Below, piece after piece: positions 12,476 through 24,549 of a stretch of 64,000 bases of DNA; position 1 is the stretch's first letter, and each line of letters begins with the position of its first letter. The stretch covers positions 58,962,001 to 59,026,000 of the forward strand of contig NC_135761.1 of the NCBI RefSeq assembly GCF_052425735.1, written 5' to 3'. The stretch is from Oculina patagonica. Its lineage: Eukaryota. The position numbers and the translations under genes were made by a program. The notes under the pieces were generated by a model that saw only the letters and a list, made by a program, of their open reading frames with translations, was not told the origin of the DNA and ran no database searches.

Positions 12476-12955
12476 AATAATACAATAATAAAAAAATATT
12501 TTTATATATGAGCCATATCCATGGCTGATGGCGCTTTACAGTAAAATATTATTAAAAAATGAAATTTACTTTAAAAATTTACGTCAGTGATAAGAGGAAA
12601 TACTAACAAATAAAATAGCTAAGCTGTAAAAATGGAAATAAAACTAAAAATCATTAAAGCCTTTAAATGAAAAACGAACTCATTGACTAACTAACTTAAC
12701 TAATTAACTAAGTAACTAACTAACTGTTTAACTAAACTATCTAATTTACTGGTTAACTGACTAACTAAAAGTCTAATTATAAAATTTGTTAAAAAGGTAT
12801 GTCTTAAGACAAGTCTTAAAATCTGATAGCGAGTCGCTCTCTCTTATATAGTTCGGGAGAGAGTTCCATAGGCTAGGTGCTACAAAAGAGAACACCTATG
12901 GCCATAGCTTACTAACTTCACAGATGGTATTTTTAGTAAGTTTTTAGAGGAGGAT
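12476..12955 (-). mobile_element. 3' fragment of L2/CR1-group LINE
   Basis: Minus strand reads SSKNLLKIPSVKLVSYGHR..FSFVAPSLWNSLPNYIRESDSLSDFKTCLKTYLF, typical of the ORF2 C-terminus, then a (TAAC)n-rich UTR and a gtaaagcgcc tail. The paralog at about 27830-32697 is split by the 4.4-kb element. Confidence 0.75.
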
Positions 12956-13375
12956 GTGATAATAAACGCATCAGGTAAGACCTGATAGAAATCAAAGCCT
13001 CAATCGATTGATATAATGTTAAGGAAGAAATATAAACCTATTTATGGGAAGAAGATTCGTATTTGAATCACGAATTTTTTTACAGAATTATTATTTATTC
13101 CGATTAGAAAACCCCCTACCAATGTTTCTTAATTTATTTCATATCATTGAGAAAATTTAAGTGTCTGTTCAAACATTTCGGGCTTTCATTTGACGGATAA
13201 TTACCACTTATTTCATGAGCACACGTTAGATATGAGGTGATAAAATAACCAACGAAAGAGTAGCACGAGTTGGTTAAGATCACTTTTTTGCATGAGCACG
13301 ATTCAATTTGACGAAAACGAAGCGACTGTATAAACGGTGGCAAAATCAGCAGGGGCTTTGTTCACTGTGTAAGCT

Positions 13376-13760
13376 TAAGACTGGTTTTCATATAATTTCC
13401 CCGATCGTTTCTATCGCCTCTGTCGCTCTAAAACGTTTCTTGCGATCGGGGCGATTATATGAGAAACATTACACATGCGATCGCTAACGTCTGCCGCGAT
13501 TGGGGCTATCACGATTGCTTGGATCGCCCGTGTTCTACCCTTCTAGCTTTTCTATCCCTTCTTCGCCGTAAAACAGCAATAACTGAGAAGATAGAAGGCC
13601 ACGAGTTTTTCTCTTTCATTTAAGGTTGCTATTGTGTTGGATCTAGGACTAAGATGATTGTTCTTCGTAGCGGGCGTCGGTACGATCATATGAGAACCCC
13701 CCGATCGCTCGCAATCGCTTCGATCGCCTACGCTCGTCTCAGTATTTGCAAACGATTGGA
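13376..13760. mobile_element. Partial CGATCG-rich palindromic element, possibly a Harbinger-type MITE; related copies at about 33181-33565 and 50855-51561
   Basis: End taagactggttttcatataat is complementary to the atcatatgagaaccagcctt end at 51541-51561; internal sequence shared among three copies. Confidence 0.55.
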
Positions 13761-15293
13761 GCAAAAGAAAAAAACTTCTGAACTCAGACGCAATGAGCTC
13801 AGACACAATTAATCTCAACGAGGGAAGGGGAAGTTAATAGCTGCACGGATGCCCACCGATGGGGGAAAGATTGCTCTTCTACATAATTTCACCGTCGGAA
13901 AGGCGGTGTTGTTGGATTACACAGCCACGAAAATTTGCCGCCTCCCCTCTCTCATTCATTGTGCTCGCGATCGTTTTAAAACAATATTCTTCAAGAATTG
14001 AAGCGCCTTGTCCAGATATAAGGTAAAAAACTTTACTGAATTGCCAGCACTAATCAGAAGTGAAACACTACGCTTACACTTTCTGAACCAAATTGCGTTG
14101 GTTTTCAGATCTTCGAGTAAATTGTTTATTCAGTGCTGCTTTGCACACCAACTCATTTTTCTATTTTTATGTTGATTGTCAACAGGAATTTGCCATTAAA
14201 TATTTCGTATGAAGCTTCGTGCTTCTTAGTAAAGTTATTTGTTTGTGAACGGGGGAAAATGCTCTTTATAGTTAATGTCCTTCTTGTCATCTTTTGTAAT
14301 ATTTCTTCTCGCAACGAAAAAAATTGTGAACAGATTGACCGCCTATTTTCGCCATAAGATAAACTCTGTTTTTTTCTTGAATTACCATATCTTCCGTAAT
14401 CAGAAGCAGCCGAGTTTATTATTTTCCCAAACCGTTTGTTATCCGTAAACCATACATAACAGATATCCAATGCAAATGCATTCAAATCTAGAATGAAAAA
14501 TTCAACAGATGCCTCGATTATTACAGACTGTAGTTGTTACCGCATGTAGTTTTTTTTTTTTAATTCTCTGGTGAAACCCCTCTGATTTATTCTCAGAATA
14601 ATACGAATGCGAACTCTGTGATAATTAATAAAAGCATTTTACCAGATTGTTTTTCAAAGCTTTTCCTCATAACAAAAACGCGAAACAGTTCTAGATGGGC
14701 AAGAAGAAAAGATGAAAGATGAAAAAAACTTTCCCTTTAATTTACCAACGCGTTTCTTGATACGCTTTACGATTCGCAATTCTATATTCTGGGGAATCAC
14801 GATAAAACATAGCTAACTTATTAGATATCATTCAAATCGTAAAAAAAAATCCACTAAGACAGGCAAAGCTCGGTACTTTTTTATTATTTTTAGCCAGAGA
14901 TTGTGTTTATAACCTTCAGAAAATAGTGAAAAGTACCTTAATAACTGACGACTGAGCTCACTAAGCCGAACCGGATAAACCGAATATATTTGTATGTGCG
15001 GCGCCAACGCGGGTATTACTCCCTAAATCAAGTTGAATATAAACAAGCATACGCATCTGTGCTCAGGTTTTCTTTTCTAATTACTTGCAGCTTTAATTTA
15101 TAAGAGAGCACACTAAGCCCATCCAATGTTAACGTTTTTATATGAAAAAAAAAACATACTCCAGCGATGTTACCGGTTTTTAGTCAAACTGAGACCAGTT
15201 TTCTTGTTTTCGTTTTATTATTATCGATGCATTCACGCCTTTTTTTACATTTTTTTTATAGTTTACGCTTTTTCAAATAGCTTCTGGTAACAG

Positions 15294-15838
15294 TTTACCT
15301 TTTAGACTACCAAAGTTATTTACTTTGCACTACCAAAATTATTTACCTTGCACTACCAAAATTATATTTCACCTTGCACTACCAAAATTATTTACCTTGC
15401 ACTACCAAAATTATTTTCCTTGCACTACCAACATTATTTACCTTGCACTACCAAACTGATTTACCTTGCACTACCAAAATTATTTACCTTGCACTACCAA
15501 AATTATTTTCCTTCAACTACCAAGATTACTTTCTTCCATTACCAAAATTGTTTACCTTGCACTTCCAAAATTGTTTACGTTTGACTTAAAAAATTATTAA
15601 CCTTAAACTACCAAAATTATTTACCTTGCACTACCAAACTGATTTACCTTGCACTACCAAAATTATTTACCTTGCACTACCAAAATTATTTACCTTGCAC
15701 TATTTATTTACCTTGCACTACCAAAATTATTTTCCTTGCACTACCAAAGTTATTTTCCTTCAACTACAAAGATTATTTTCTTCCATTACCAAAATTGTTT
15801 TACCTTGCACTTCCAAAATTGTCTGCGTTAGACTACCA
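15294..15838. repeat. 23-bp minisatellite (TTTACCTTGCACTACCAAAATTA)n
   Basis: About 20 variant units visible, downstream of GPCR copy 2. Confidence 0.95.
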
Positions 15839-16074
15839 AGGCAAAGGACTGGCTGTTCATGAGCTGAGTCTTTTAATTCTTGCCTCAAGCTGAGTTCCAA
15901 ACAGGCGTCCATGCAAGTCTTTATGTTTTTCTTTCTTATTACTTTAGACGTTATATTTTTAGAAGCGTTCTAGGCAAATGGATACAGCATCTGATTGAGC
16001 AGTTTAACAAAAGCTCTCTGTTTAAAGATAAGGTTTTCTCGATTGCAATGTCGACACATCAGTCCAAACAGCCA

Positions 16075-17085
16075 TCATGCCCAGGCAAGCATTTCCCTAA
16101 ACGACTGGCGAAACCTTTTTGTGACGATAGCATAGATCAGTGGGTTACATGCAGAATTGAAAATATAAAAGAAGAAAGAAATTCTAAACATCACATAGGC
16201 GTATTTTTGGAATACGGGGTGATTGAAGTAAAACAGACCAGCCATACGAAAAAGAGTGAGAGGAAGAATTGTGATCGCGAATACGACGACCACTGGAGTC
16301 ATGATCTTGTTGAGTCTTCTGCTGCGTGTTTTCACGAGGCTGACTTGGCTACTTTTGAAACTTCCACTGAGACTGTGGTCGGCCATCTCTAAATGGAACG
16401 TTTCGCTCTTGTACAACTTACGTTTGATGGTGCAGTAGGTCACAAAGATCAAGAATAACGGCACGACATAGGTAAACAGGGAGATGGCAATGCTGTAGAT
16501 GAGAGGGAACTCGGGTTTGGGCCAAATTGCGGAGCAGAGCGGTTTTGAACCGGGTGGCTGTCGGTACTCATAAACAAGGATCAGAGGCATCGAGATCGCT
16601 AACAACGAAATGACCCAGATAGCAGCGCAAACGATTCTTGGTACTGTCAATGATCTGCGAGCCATCCCGGGAAAATTCGCGGACAAAATGCGATGCCTGT
16701 CGACAGCAATGGCGGCAATCGACCAAACAGACACGCCAAAAAACATGTCGCTTAACGGGAAAACATATCGGCATGTGAATTCGCCAAGCGGCCAATAAGT
16801 GAATTGTTCCCTGACTATACCTAGTGGAAAAGACACAAGAAGCGTTGCCAAATCTCCGATGGCCACATTCCTGATGTAAGCATTCGTGGAAGCTGTGTTC
16901 AGCGTGCGGTGTCGCGTTATAGTTAAGCAAACCACGAAGTTTCCAATGGCGCCGGCTAAAGCGATAATGGACTCAACGGTGAGTCGAACGATGGCCAACC
17001 ATTTCAGCTCGATGATGTTGTCGACTGCTTGAGCCGACTGCGTCAAATTGGCACCTTGTGCGACGGTGGTGTTGTTGAAATACAT
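16075..17085 (-). CDS. Intronless class A GPCR (copy 2, chimeric), 336 aa
   Basis: Same 7TM motifs; N-half matches copy 1, C-half matches copy 3. Confidence 0.93.
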   Translation of the reverse strand: MYFNNTTVAQGANLTQSAQAVDNIIELKWLAIVRLTVESIIALAGAIGNFVVCLTITRHRTLNTASTNAYIRNVAIGDLATLLVSFPLGIVREQFTYWPLGEFTCRYVFPLSDMFFGVSVWSIAAIAVDRHRILSANFPGMARRSLTVPRIVCAAIWVISLLAISMPLILVYEYRQPPGSKPLCSAIWPKPEFPLIYSIAISLFTYVVPLFLIFVTYCTIKRKLYKSETFHLEMADHSLSGSFKSSQVSLVKTRSRRLNKIMTPVVVVFAITILPLTLFRMAGLFYFNHPVFQKYAYVMFRISFFFYIFNSACNPLIYAIVTKRFRQSFREMLAWA

Positions 17086-17235
17086 CACGGACTCGGCGAA
17101 ACTCGAAGACTCTGAATTTCAAGCCAGAATTGAGAATCAAGTGCAAGTGCAATGTAACCTGATCTTAAAAACAAGGGAGGGACAGGTGTTCACCATAAAG
17201 ACTGTCTGTTTTGATCATTTGTCGCATGAGTTTGT

Positions 17236-17325
17236 CTAGCCTCCCACGCAATCGTTCTTAGGGGCTATCGTGTTTCACTCCTCATCAACACGATCGCCCC
17301 TAAGAACGACTGCGTGGGGGGCTAG
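17236..17325. mobile_element. 90-bp hairpin insertion with target-site duplication
   Basis: ctagcctcccacgcaatcgttcttagggg...cccctaagaacgactgcgtggggggctag flanked by agt(t/g)tgt; empty site at about 3695 and 280. Confidence 0.85.
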
Positions 17326-18106
17326 AGTGTGTCTGACTCTTGTTAATTTGACGCCTCGCCATTTCACTATTTACACGGCTGACAACACTATGCTCTACCG
17401 ACTTACACTACTTACATTTTATTATATAGATTCAGACAAGCCTAAAAGCGGAGTCCCGCAGTTGTTTTTTTCTTTTTTACTTCAATTCTGTTGATTGGTT
17501 AAGAATTTGAAATAAACAACACTATACTGAGTTCAGTTCTTCCTCGCGTACGCGTCAAAATTCTAAACTTATTTTTGATATACGTCGTCAAAATAAAATA
17601 AAAATCTTCTGAATCAAGTTATTAAGTTTCACTTTGCTCAAAACTCGCCTCTATAAGATGTAAATGGAAAGGGAGCCGGATGCAAGACAGTTTATTGGCA
17701 CGCCGCTTCAAATTTGCAAAGTTGTGCTCGATATAAACGCATAGTCTTGTATTGAAATACAAATAGATTCCATTTTGCCGTGCGTCTAGTGTCACTACAT
17801 TTTGACGTCTTCTTTGATCTATTACTGAACAGACCCACGGCAAATTGGAATCTATTTGTTTTATACAATTATAGAAGACGTCAGTACTTCAAAGCTAAAG
17901 CAATGCCGCTACCGATGTGTCTGAGCTAAACTTTTTTCATTTCACGATAAAGTTTTTCCGATAATTACAAAACACGGTTAATTAACCGTGATAAATATAA
18001 TAATTAACAAGTAATGAAAAACTAAAACGTCAACGAATAAAAATTACGTTTTTTTGAAATTTGGAAATGTTGTTCAACTCTGTAAGATTTAACCTTAGCG
18101 TTTAAC

Positions 18107-18410
18107 CATAGTTAATAGAGGGAAGTGGTTAGGAAGCCCGGCAAAGTTCTTTGTTGTATGTTTTTGTTCGCTATTTGATGGGGATTGACCCTGCACAAAA
18201 CCTGAGAAAATACAATAGGTGGTTACGTGTGAGTTCATGCAGCTTACGGACTCCATTAGAATCATGGCGATTACGATAATTCATGCATATTGTATGAGCA
18301 CAAAACAAAAGATGTGCAGGGTCGTGGACCTTCCAACATAAATCTTGGCCTCTTTGTTTGCTCCTTTGATGTTTGCCGGGCTTCCTAACCATTTCCCTAT
18401 ATTAACTATG
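18107..18410. mobile_element. 304-bp MITE, CATAG termini, 7-bp TSD (P-element-like)
   Basis: About 39-bp TIR catagttaatagagggaagtggttaggaagcccggcaaa; TSD gtttaac on both sides; empty site gcgtttaaccgcc at about 1041 and 4455. Confidence 0.85.
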
Positions 18411-20456
18411 GTTTAACCGCCATTCATGGATTTCCCGTGGCGTCGCCAAACTGCTCGACATCGGACAAACTCTTACAGCTTGTGATATTTTTTTTAATCA
18501 GACGCTGTCCACTTCAAGCTTGCTTATCAGTTTAGCCCATTTAAATGCAACGTCTCGTAATGTGATCGATACTTGGCAGTTTATTTCTCACTGAAAGTTT
18601 ATAATCTAAGCTGAACTTTTTCTGTTTGTTGTTGCCCCGCGAGAAATACTTTGCCGACAACAATGATTTGGACTATGAACTCTGATCACGCAAGCTAGTC
18701 ACACCACGCAGTGACGTCATCTGTATGCACCTAAAGATGACAGTCATTAACCAATCACAACGCACACAGTAGCTCTGTTATTGTATAATCTTTTTTTATT
18801 GCTGGTCAATATATAAGAGAATTTGATGAAGATACAAGTTGAATTTCATTTGTTTTTGATAAGCAACGCTTGCGGAATTTTTTGTAATTCACGAAACGCT
18901 CCATGCTATAATTAATAAGGCTTAAATCTTGCTTTTAATCCGTGCGGCTAAATGACGAAATCTAGGACGGAATATTTTGTTTTATTGTTGCTCAATACTT
19001 AAGAGATTTTTGAGTAGATACTGAATGAATTTCCTTCGTTTTTGGTAAACAACGTGCTGCAGAAAAAGTCTCAGGAACTCAAGTAAATATGTTAAGAGTC
19101 TCTCTCTGTAAAAAAGGAAGTGGTCGATCTGGCTTGATAAATAGATTTCGCTCATTTTTTGTGTGTTGCAAGACATTTATGTACTTATACTTAAACCATA
19201 ATGCGCTTGATCGGATCATTTATTTTTTCGAGTTTTTAAGGATATAACTGAGGTTGTCAATTAATCGCACCGACTCTCATGAACATTGATCTCAAATAAA
19301 GCTTCCAACAAGACATTAACGACACCCCTACCACACACCTTGATGAAACACGCGGAAACGGCTCAGATTCAAACTTTATTTTTTGAAAATGTAAGTAAGG
19401 CGGTCTATTTCAATCAAACCAACGCAGCCGAAGAGTAGATACAATAGAAAATATTACTACAGAAAAAAAGCCTTGCGGTATTGCCTTAATTAAATATTTA
19501 TAGCTGTGTAAACTTGCCAAATTTCGACATTCTTCATATTTGCCGCTATTTTGAAGGACTCGTCAGGACAAGACGTTTCATCGACTTGCCTCACAGACAT
19601 ACCTAAAACCATCAGAAATAACGAAAAAACAATATAAATGGATTACAGTTCATTTGAAAGAGAATAAATCGTGTTTAATGGAAGCTCAAAATTTGTTGCC
19701 AGGTAACGGCCTGATAGTGCTGCCCAAGTGCCCTCTAAAATTAAGTTTTTGAAATCTGATAGTTTATTCTTCAGTGACCTGTTATTTTTTTCCACATTTC
19801 GACTGAACACCTTCTTTAACCTAATTCGCAATATGAGAAAAAAACGATCTTGTAGAATTTGAGTTATTTATAAAAAGGCTGTAGGGAGATTTAAAAAAAT
19901 CCACTACATTTTTTTTTTGAAATAACGAATCCTATTTGTATACAGAAACTCGGGAAAGGTCACCTTGCCAACTTTCTAGATAAAACTAACCAAAACTAAC
20001 AAACTACTGCCGTTTTTCGCGATTTTTGAGTACATTTTTATTTCTGGTCAAACAGTTTATAGAAACATCACGCACGACTTCATTCATGAAGAACGGAAGT
20101 CCAAGAAGGTAGGACTGGTAATCCAGAGCCTTCCGTTTTTCCTGCCAAGGCCCTGCCGGCTAAGAGAAGCGAAAAGGGCTCTGGGTACGAAAATGTCTTC
20201 CTTGTATCCAGGGTAGGTTCAGCAGCACTAACTGATCGATAGATCGATCGATCATTGCTTGATTGACTGAGTGATTGATCAATTAGATGAAACTGAAATC
20301 ATAAGAAGCGCGTAAGCAAAATTCTTGGAAGGGATCATGATTGCATATATTTGTACGCGCTTTGAATAGAAGTATCACTTGTTTCGATCGGACGACCGTT
20401 TATTCAAATACTTTAGTGTTTCGACATCAAAATCGACATGGATTGTAAACGTTTTC

Positions 20457-23400
20457 ATGCTCTTGCCGTTGCTGTTATGTAGTGCAGCAGCTTATTTAGG
20501 CGATTCTGGTAAGTGTTTAAATTTTCATCAACTTTGTAAGGGTAATTATAAAAGCAGCACTTCATTATCTAAGTGGCCTAAGCTTGAAGTCGATTGAAGA
20601 GAGTGTTATCCGAAATCCTGTATTATCCGTTAGCCATTTGTGGTATAACGGGGATAAAGAAAGGCTAATGTATGGAGAGAACGAACAGTGACTGAATATG
20701 TTGACATTTCGAAAAATCGAAGCGACTTTAGTTTACGTAAAGAAAGAAGGAAGCTAATCGCTGCCATCTAATGTTAATTGCATGTTCTTATGATTATTTA
20801 TTTGAGGACCGGGACTTGTATTGTATCCACGGGACTTTCTTTTCTTTGGTTTAACGTTACCTTGCTATGTTTATGTTTTATCATTTAAGCTTCGGCGTCC
20901 AAGTATCAACATGTAAATTTCGACGTTCAGTTGCACTTTCGACAAAGCTCTTTAGCTTTTCGCGACCTTTCGCCTGACTGATTCAGCATGACTTCCGCTC
21001 TACTATACAAAATATATACTGATTTAGGCTTTACCGGAAGTTTCATGAAAGCAGCGCCTGGCAAAATGACCTCCAGCCTTCCCTTCAGCTTTTTTTTTAA
21101 GAGAAATTAAATTACAATGAATGCTTCTCTTAAATTAAAGTTTAAACAGTCCGCTAGTCGGCAAGCCTTATATCCGCCAATTTGAATGACTCAACTTTCA
21201 GCTTGCTTCACTTTCATGCTGTTTGCACGATTTACTTTCTTATTTCATCATGCTCTTTTTAAAGTTACATCGGGCTTGAGATAGACTGTTACAGTCAAAC
21301 CTCTATAAAGCGGTCAACCTCGGGAAGAGAGGTGTTCCAAAATTTAGCGTGTCGTCAGTGACAAAAATTGAATTAAAATTGATCACATGATGAACATGTC
21401 ATTGGTGACAACATCAGAAACTGCAAAATATGATGAATAAATAAGTCAGGTAATTATCCTTGGCCATGTTCACTCTTGCGGCGGGAATTTCATGTCTGGC
21501 TAAGAGATATAGTTTTGTTCGTAAGGCAAATGCCTTTGTGTAAGCCACTATGGACAATTTCCCATCACCTTCAACAAGCATTAAAAAAAATATCTGATTG
21601 TCTGTGATTTAGGGCTGCGTGGCTTGTTTTGCTTGATTTGCTTTGCTTATCGACTTTTATCGTCGTGTCAAAATATCGCATTGTTATCTAACTAGGTGAC
21701 CGATTAATAGAGGTAGAATACAACTAAATTTGCCAATTTACAGTATGCATGGGTAGCGATTTCCGGGAATTTGATAGCTTGATGGCCATGGAGTTTGATC
21801 GCTGTATTCGGAAGATAACTGCATGTTTCCAATACCCACAACTCCTAGTGTTTCAGATTACAAGAGCCGTATTAGTGCTTAAAACGATTGGCAGAGCGTC
21901 CGAAGTTGTAATCAGAAGGTCATAGTGGGAGCACTTTCCGAGTGTGCCTTTGTCATTTATTGATACCTTTTACGGTATCAGCTATTTTATCTTCGTTGCT
22001 GCCATTTTCTTTGCAGCAATTTGCCCTAAGTTATGTGTTTAGCCTTATCACTGAATGCGCTCCATGGGCTTTCTTCCTTGTATCCTGAGCCAGGTTCATC
22101 AGCACTCATTGATCGACAGATCGATCGATCATTGATTGATTGACGGACTGATTGATTAGATGAAACCGAAACCAAAACAAGCCCGTTAGTAAAATTCCTG
22201 GAAGGGATTATGTTTACATATATTTTTACGCGCTAGGAATAGAAGTATCATTTGTTGTTTCGACGCGACCTATTTTTCGATCTCAACAACCTAACAACCT
22301 GAAGGGTTTTTCTTCATCTAAATCGCCATGGACGGTAAAAGTGCAGCAGCTCATTTCGACGGCGATGCAGGTACGGGTTTTGAACGCCATCTGCTTTATG
22401 AAGGTAGTTGTAAACTCAGCACTAGCTAAGTGACCTAAGCTTGAAGTCGATCCGACGATTAAAGAGAGTGTCCAAAATATTGTATTATCCGTTAGACATT
22501 TGTGTTGTAATGAAAATAAAGAAACGCTTATTTATGAAGAGAAAGAGAAGTTGCCAAAGAGGGTGACATTTTGAGAGATCGTAGTGTAAAAGAAGGAAGG
22601 AAGCTATTCGTTGCCATCCAATGATGCATGCTTTAATTTAAATTATGATAATTTTATCGAGGATCAGGGCTTGTAATATAACCACGGGACTTTACATTCG
22701 TTATTATAACGCTATTTTGCTTTATTTTTGTGTTATCATTTAAGCTTCCGCATCCAAGTTTAAACATGTAAATTTTGACATTCGGTTGCACTTTCGACAA
22801 AGCCTTTAGCTTTACGCATGAATAATTGAACATGACTTCCGCTCTACCGAATACATACTGATTCGAGCTATACCGGAAGTTGAATGAAAGTAGGACCCTA
22901 TCGTTGGAGTTCACCTTGCCAGTTAGTCGGCCAACCTAAAATCTGCCAATAAGATTCAGCAAACTTTCAGTGCGCTTCACTATATATGAGGTGGTGTCAA
23001 ATTAAGCGTGCCTTAATTGTAATGTAGCAAAACTTGAAATAAAATTGACGATCGAAAACTGATATGACAGTGCATATTTCAACTTGCCCGTCAGTAATAA
23101 AATTCTTTATTACATATTGGTTTCGAATTTTGACACCATTCATTTTCAGATGCACAAGAATTCACTAGTCTAGTTGAGTTACCGAAGGTACAATAACAAA
23201 GCTGTTTGGTGAAACAAGCTTAGGAGGGCATTAATTTACTTACTTCAGCCTAAAATAGCCAAGAAATCTAGCGTATTTAATACACTTTTTTATATAAGAA
23301 CGCATAAAATGTGTGGATGTTCTTATTCTAGCCCATACATATTCTAAAATTTTGGGGCAAATCCAGCCTCAGCGTTCTTAGAAAGCTGGTCCTTATAAAA

Positions 23401-24549
23401 AAAAAAGAGTGTAACCTTAGAACATATATCAAAACAAAAATATCTTTGCATGAACGTAACAATAGGAATTTCATCGACCCCACAAACTATGTTTAAAAGT
23501 TTATATGATAAAGGGAAGGGAATTTGAAGTGTCTTGTCCCTGAGATGCATTACTAACTAGTGTACAGTATCCAACAAGTGTTGGAGGTTGAACAAAAATA
23601 CCGTAATTTGTCTCCTTAGGGAAATGCGATCTTGTCGAGTTCAAAGGCAAGAATTTTGTGAACTCGGCACGCGTTCATACAGGTTTTTATGACAGTATCG
23701 CCCAGATCGACGATTATGCTGGTAAATGTGGAGTAAAGGTAGATGTACTTTTTTACAAAGACGTTCTTTATATTAATACGAAAACGATAGTAGGGAAATT
23801 TCATTTTAAAATGAACAACTCAGAACACTGGAGCTGGTAGGCAAAAAGTGTGTGAGAAGTATTACAGATTCTGGCAATCTTTGCATGCTTGGAGGTGTAT
23901 TCAAGTTTTGAATAATCATTGAATGAGAACTTGTTAAGCTCATTTCAATCCATGTTACTGAGCTCGTTCAGCCAGCAGCTGCATTCTGTTAATAGACTGA
24001 ATTTAAAAGCAAGACCGACACAACGTAGAATGATTAAACTTGTTATGTACTATATTTCGGCTGGCTAAACCAGCCTTACTCAGGTACAATGGAGTTTACA
24101 TTGGCTGTAGAAAAACTAAACACTATCCGCCCATACCGTATGGGCCATAAACATATTTCTGATTATTAAACATTCACATTTCTTAACTGATCACACACTG
24201 CATTTCCTATTAGGTATTGGTTACCAGTTCCTTCAGGAAATCCGGCAAGCCACTCTCAGGCCCAATAGTTGTCCCTCCAGCCGTCGACAGCAATCACCTG
24301 GTGGGTCATGCAATTGATATGAATTTGTATGAAGGTGACGTTTTGTGCAACAGCAAATGCTTGGTAGATCCACCGGCCCATCTTGAGGGTGTGACGTGCT
24401 TTATCTCTAGCATTCGACGTGACCCGAATCTTCGCTGGGGTGGAGACTTTCACCCGACGGACCCTGTTCACATCGATGACGGATTGAATGTGCGTGACAG
24501 GTCTTTGTATGACATTCTATTTACCTCACTTCAGGAAAACTGTAACTGA
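20457..24549 (+). CDS. Secreted M15-family peptidase-like protein, copy B; exons 20457-20508 (or alternative 22328-22370), 23620-23738, 24214-24549
   Basis: Exons 2 and 3 intact with all catalytic motifs. The ATG equivalent to copy A (20438) is out of frame by one T, but an in-frame ATG at 20457 gives MLLPLLLCSAAAYLGDSG. Confidence 0.78.
22072..22982 (+). repeat. Diverged internal duplicate of M15 promoter, exon 1 and intron start
   Basis: Collinear with about 20195-21215 and 6416-7350; contains ATG GAC GGT AAA AGT GCA GCA GCT CAT TTC GAC GGC GAT GCA G|gtacgg. Confidence 0.85.
24046..24088 (-). ncRNA. Degenerate hammerhead ribozyme relic (paralog of 8747-8789)
   Basis: Identical motif with the same G8U change. 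Confidence 0.55.

Noticed and set aside
15294-15893. ORFs with repeating HYQNYLPCTTKIIYLALPKLF, and a possible CRISPR-like array
   Set aside because: Translation of a 23-bp minisatellite; no unique spacers and no cas genes
15880-16392. 170-aa plus-strand ORF and similar ORFs overlapping the GPCRs and the ankyrin gene
   Set aside because: Antisense shadows of real coding sequences
19555-19597. Possible hammerhead (minus strand GAAACGTC..CTGACGAGTCC; paralog near 5785-5827)
   Set aside because: Could not close stems I and II convincingly
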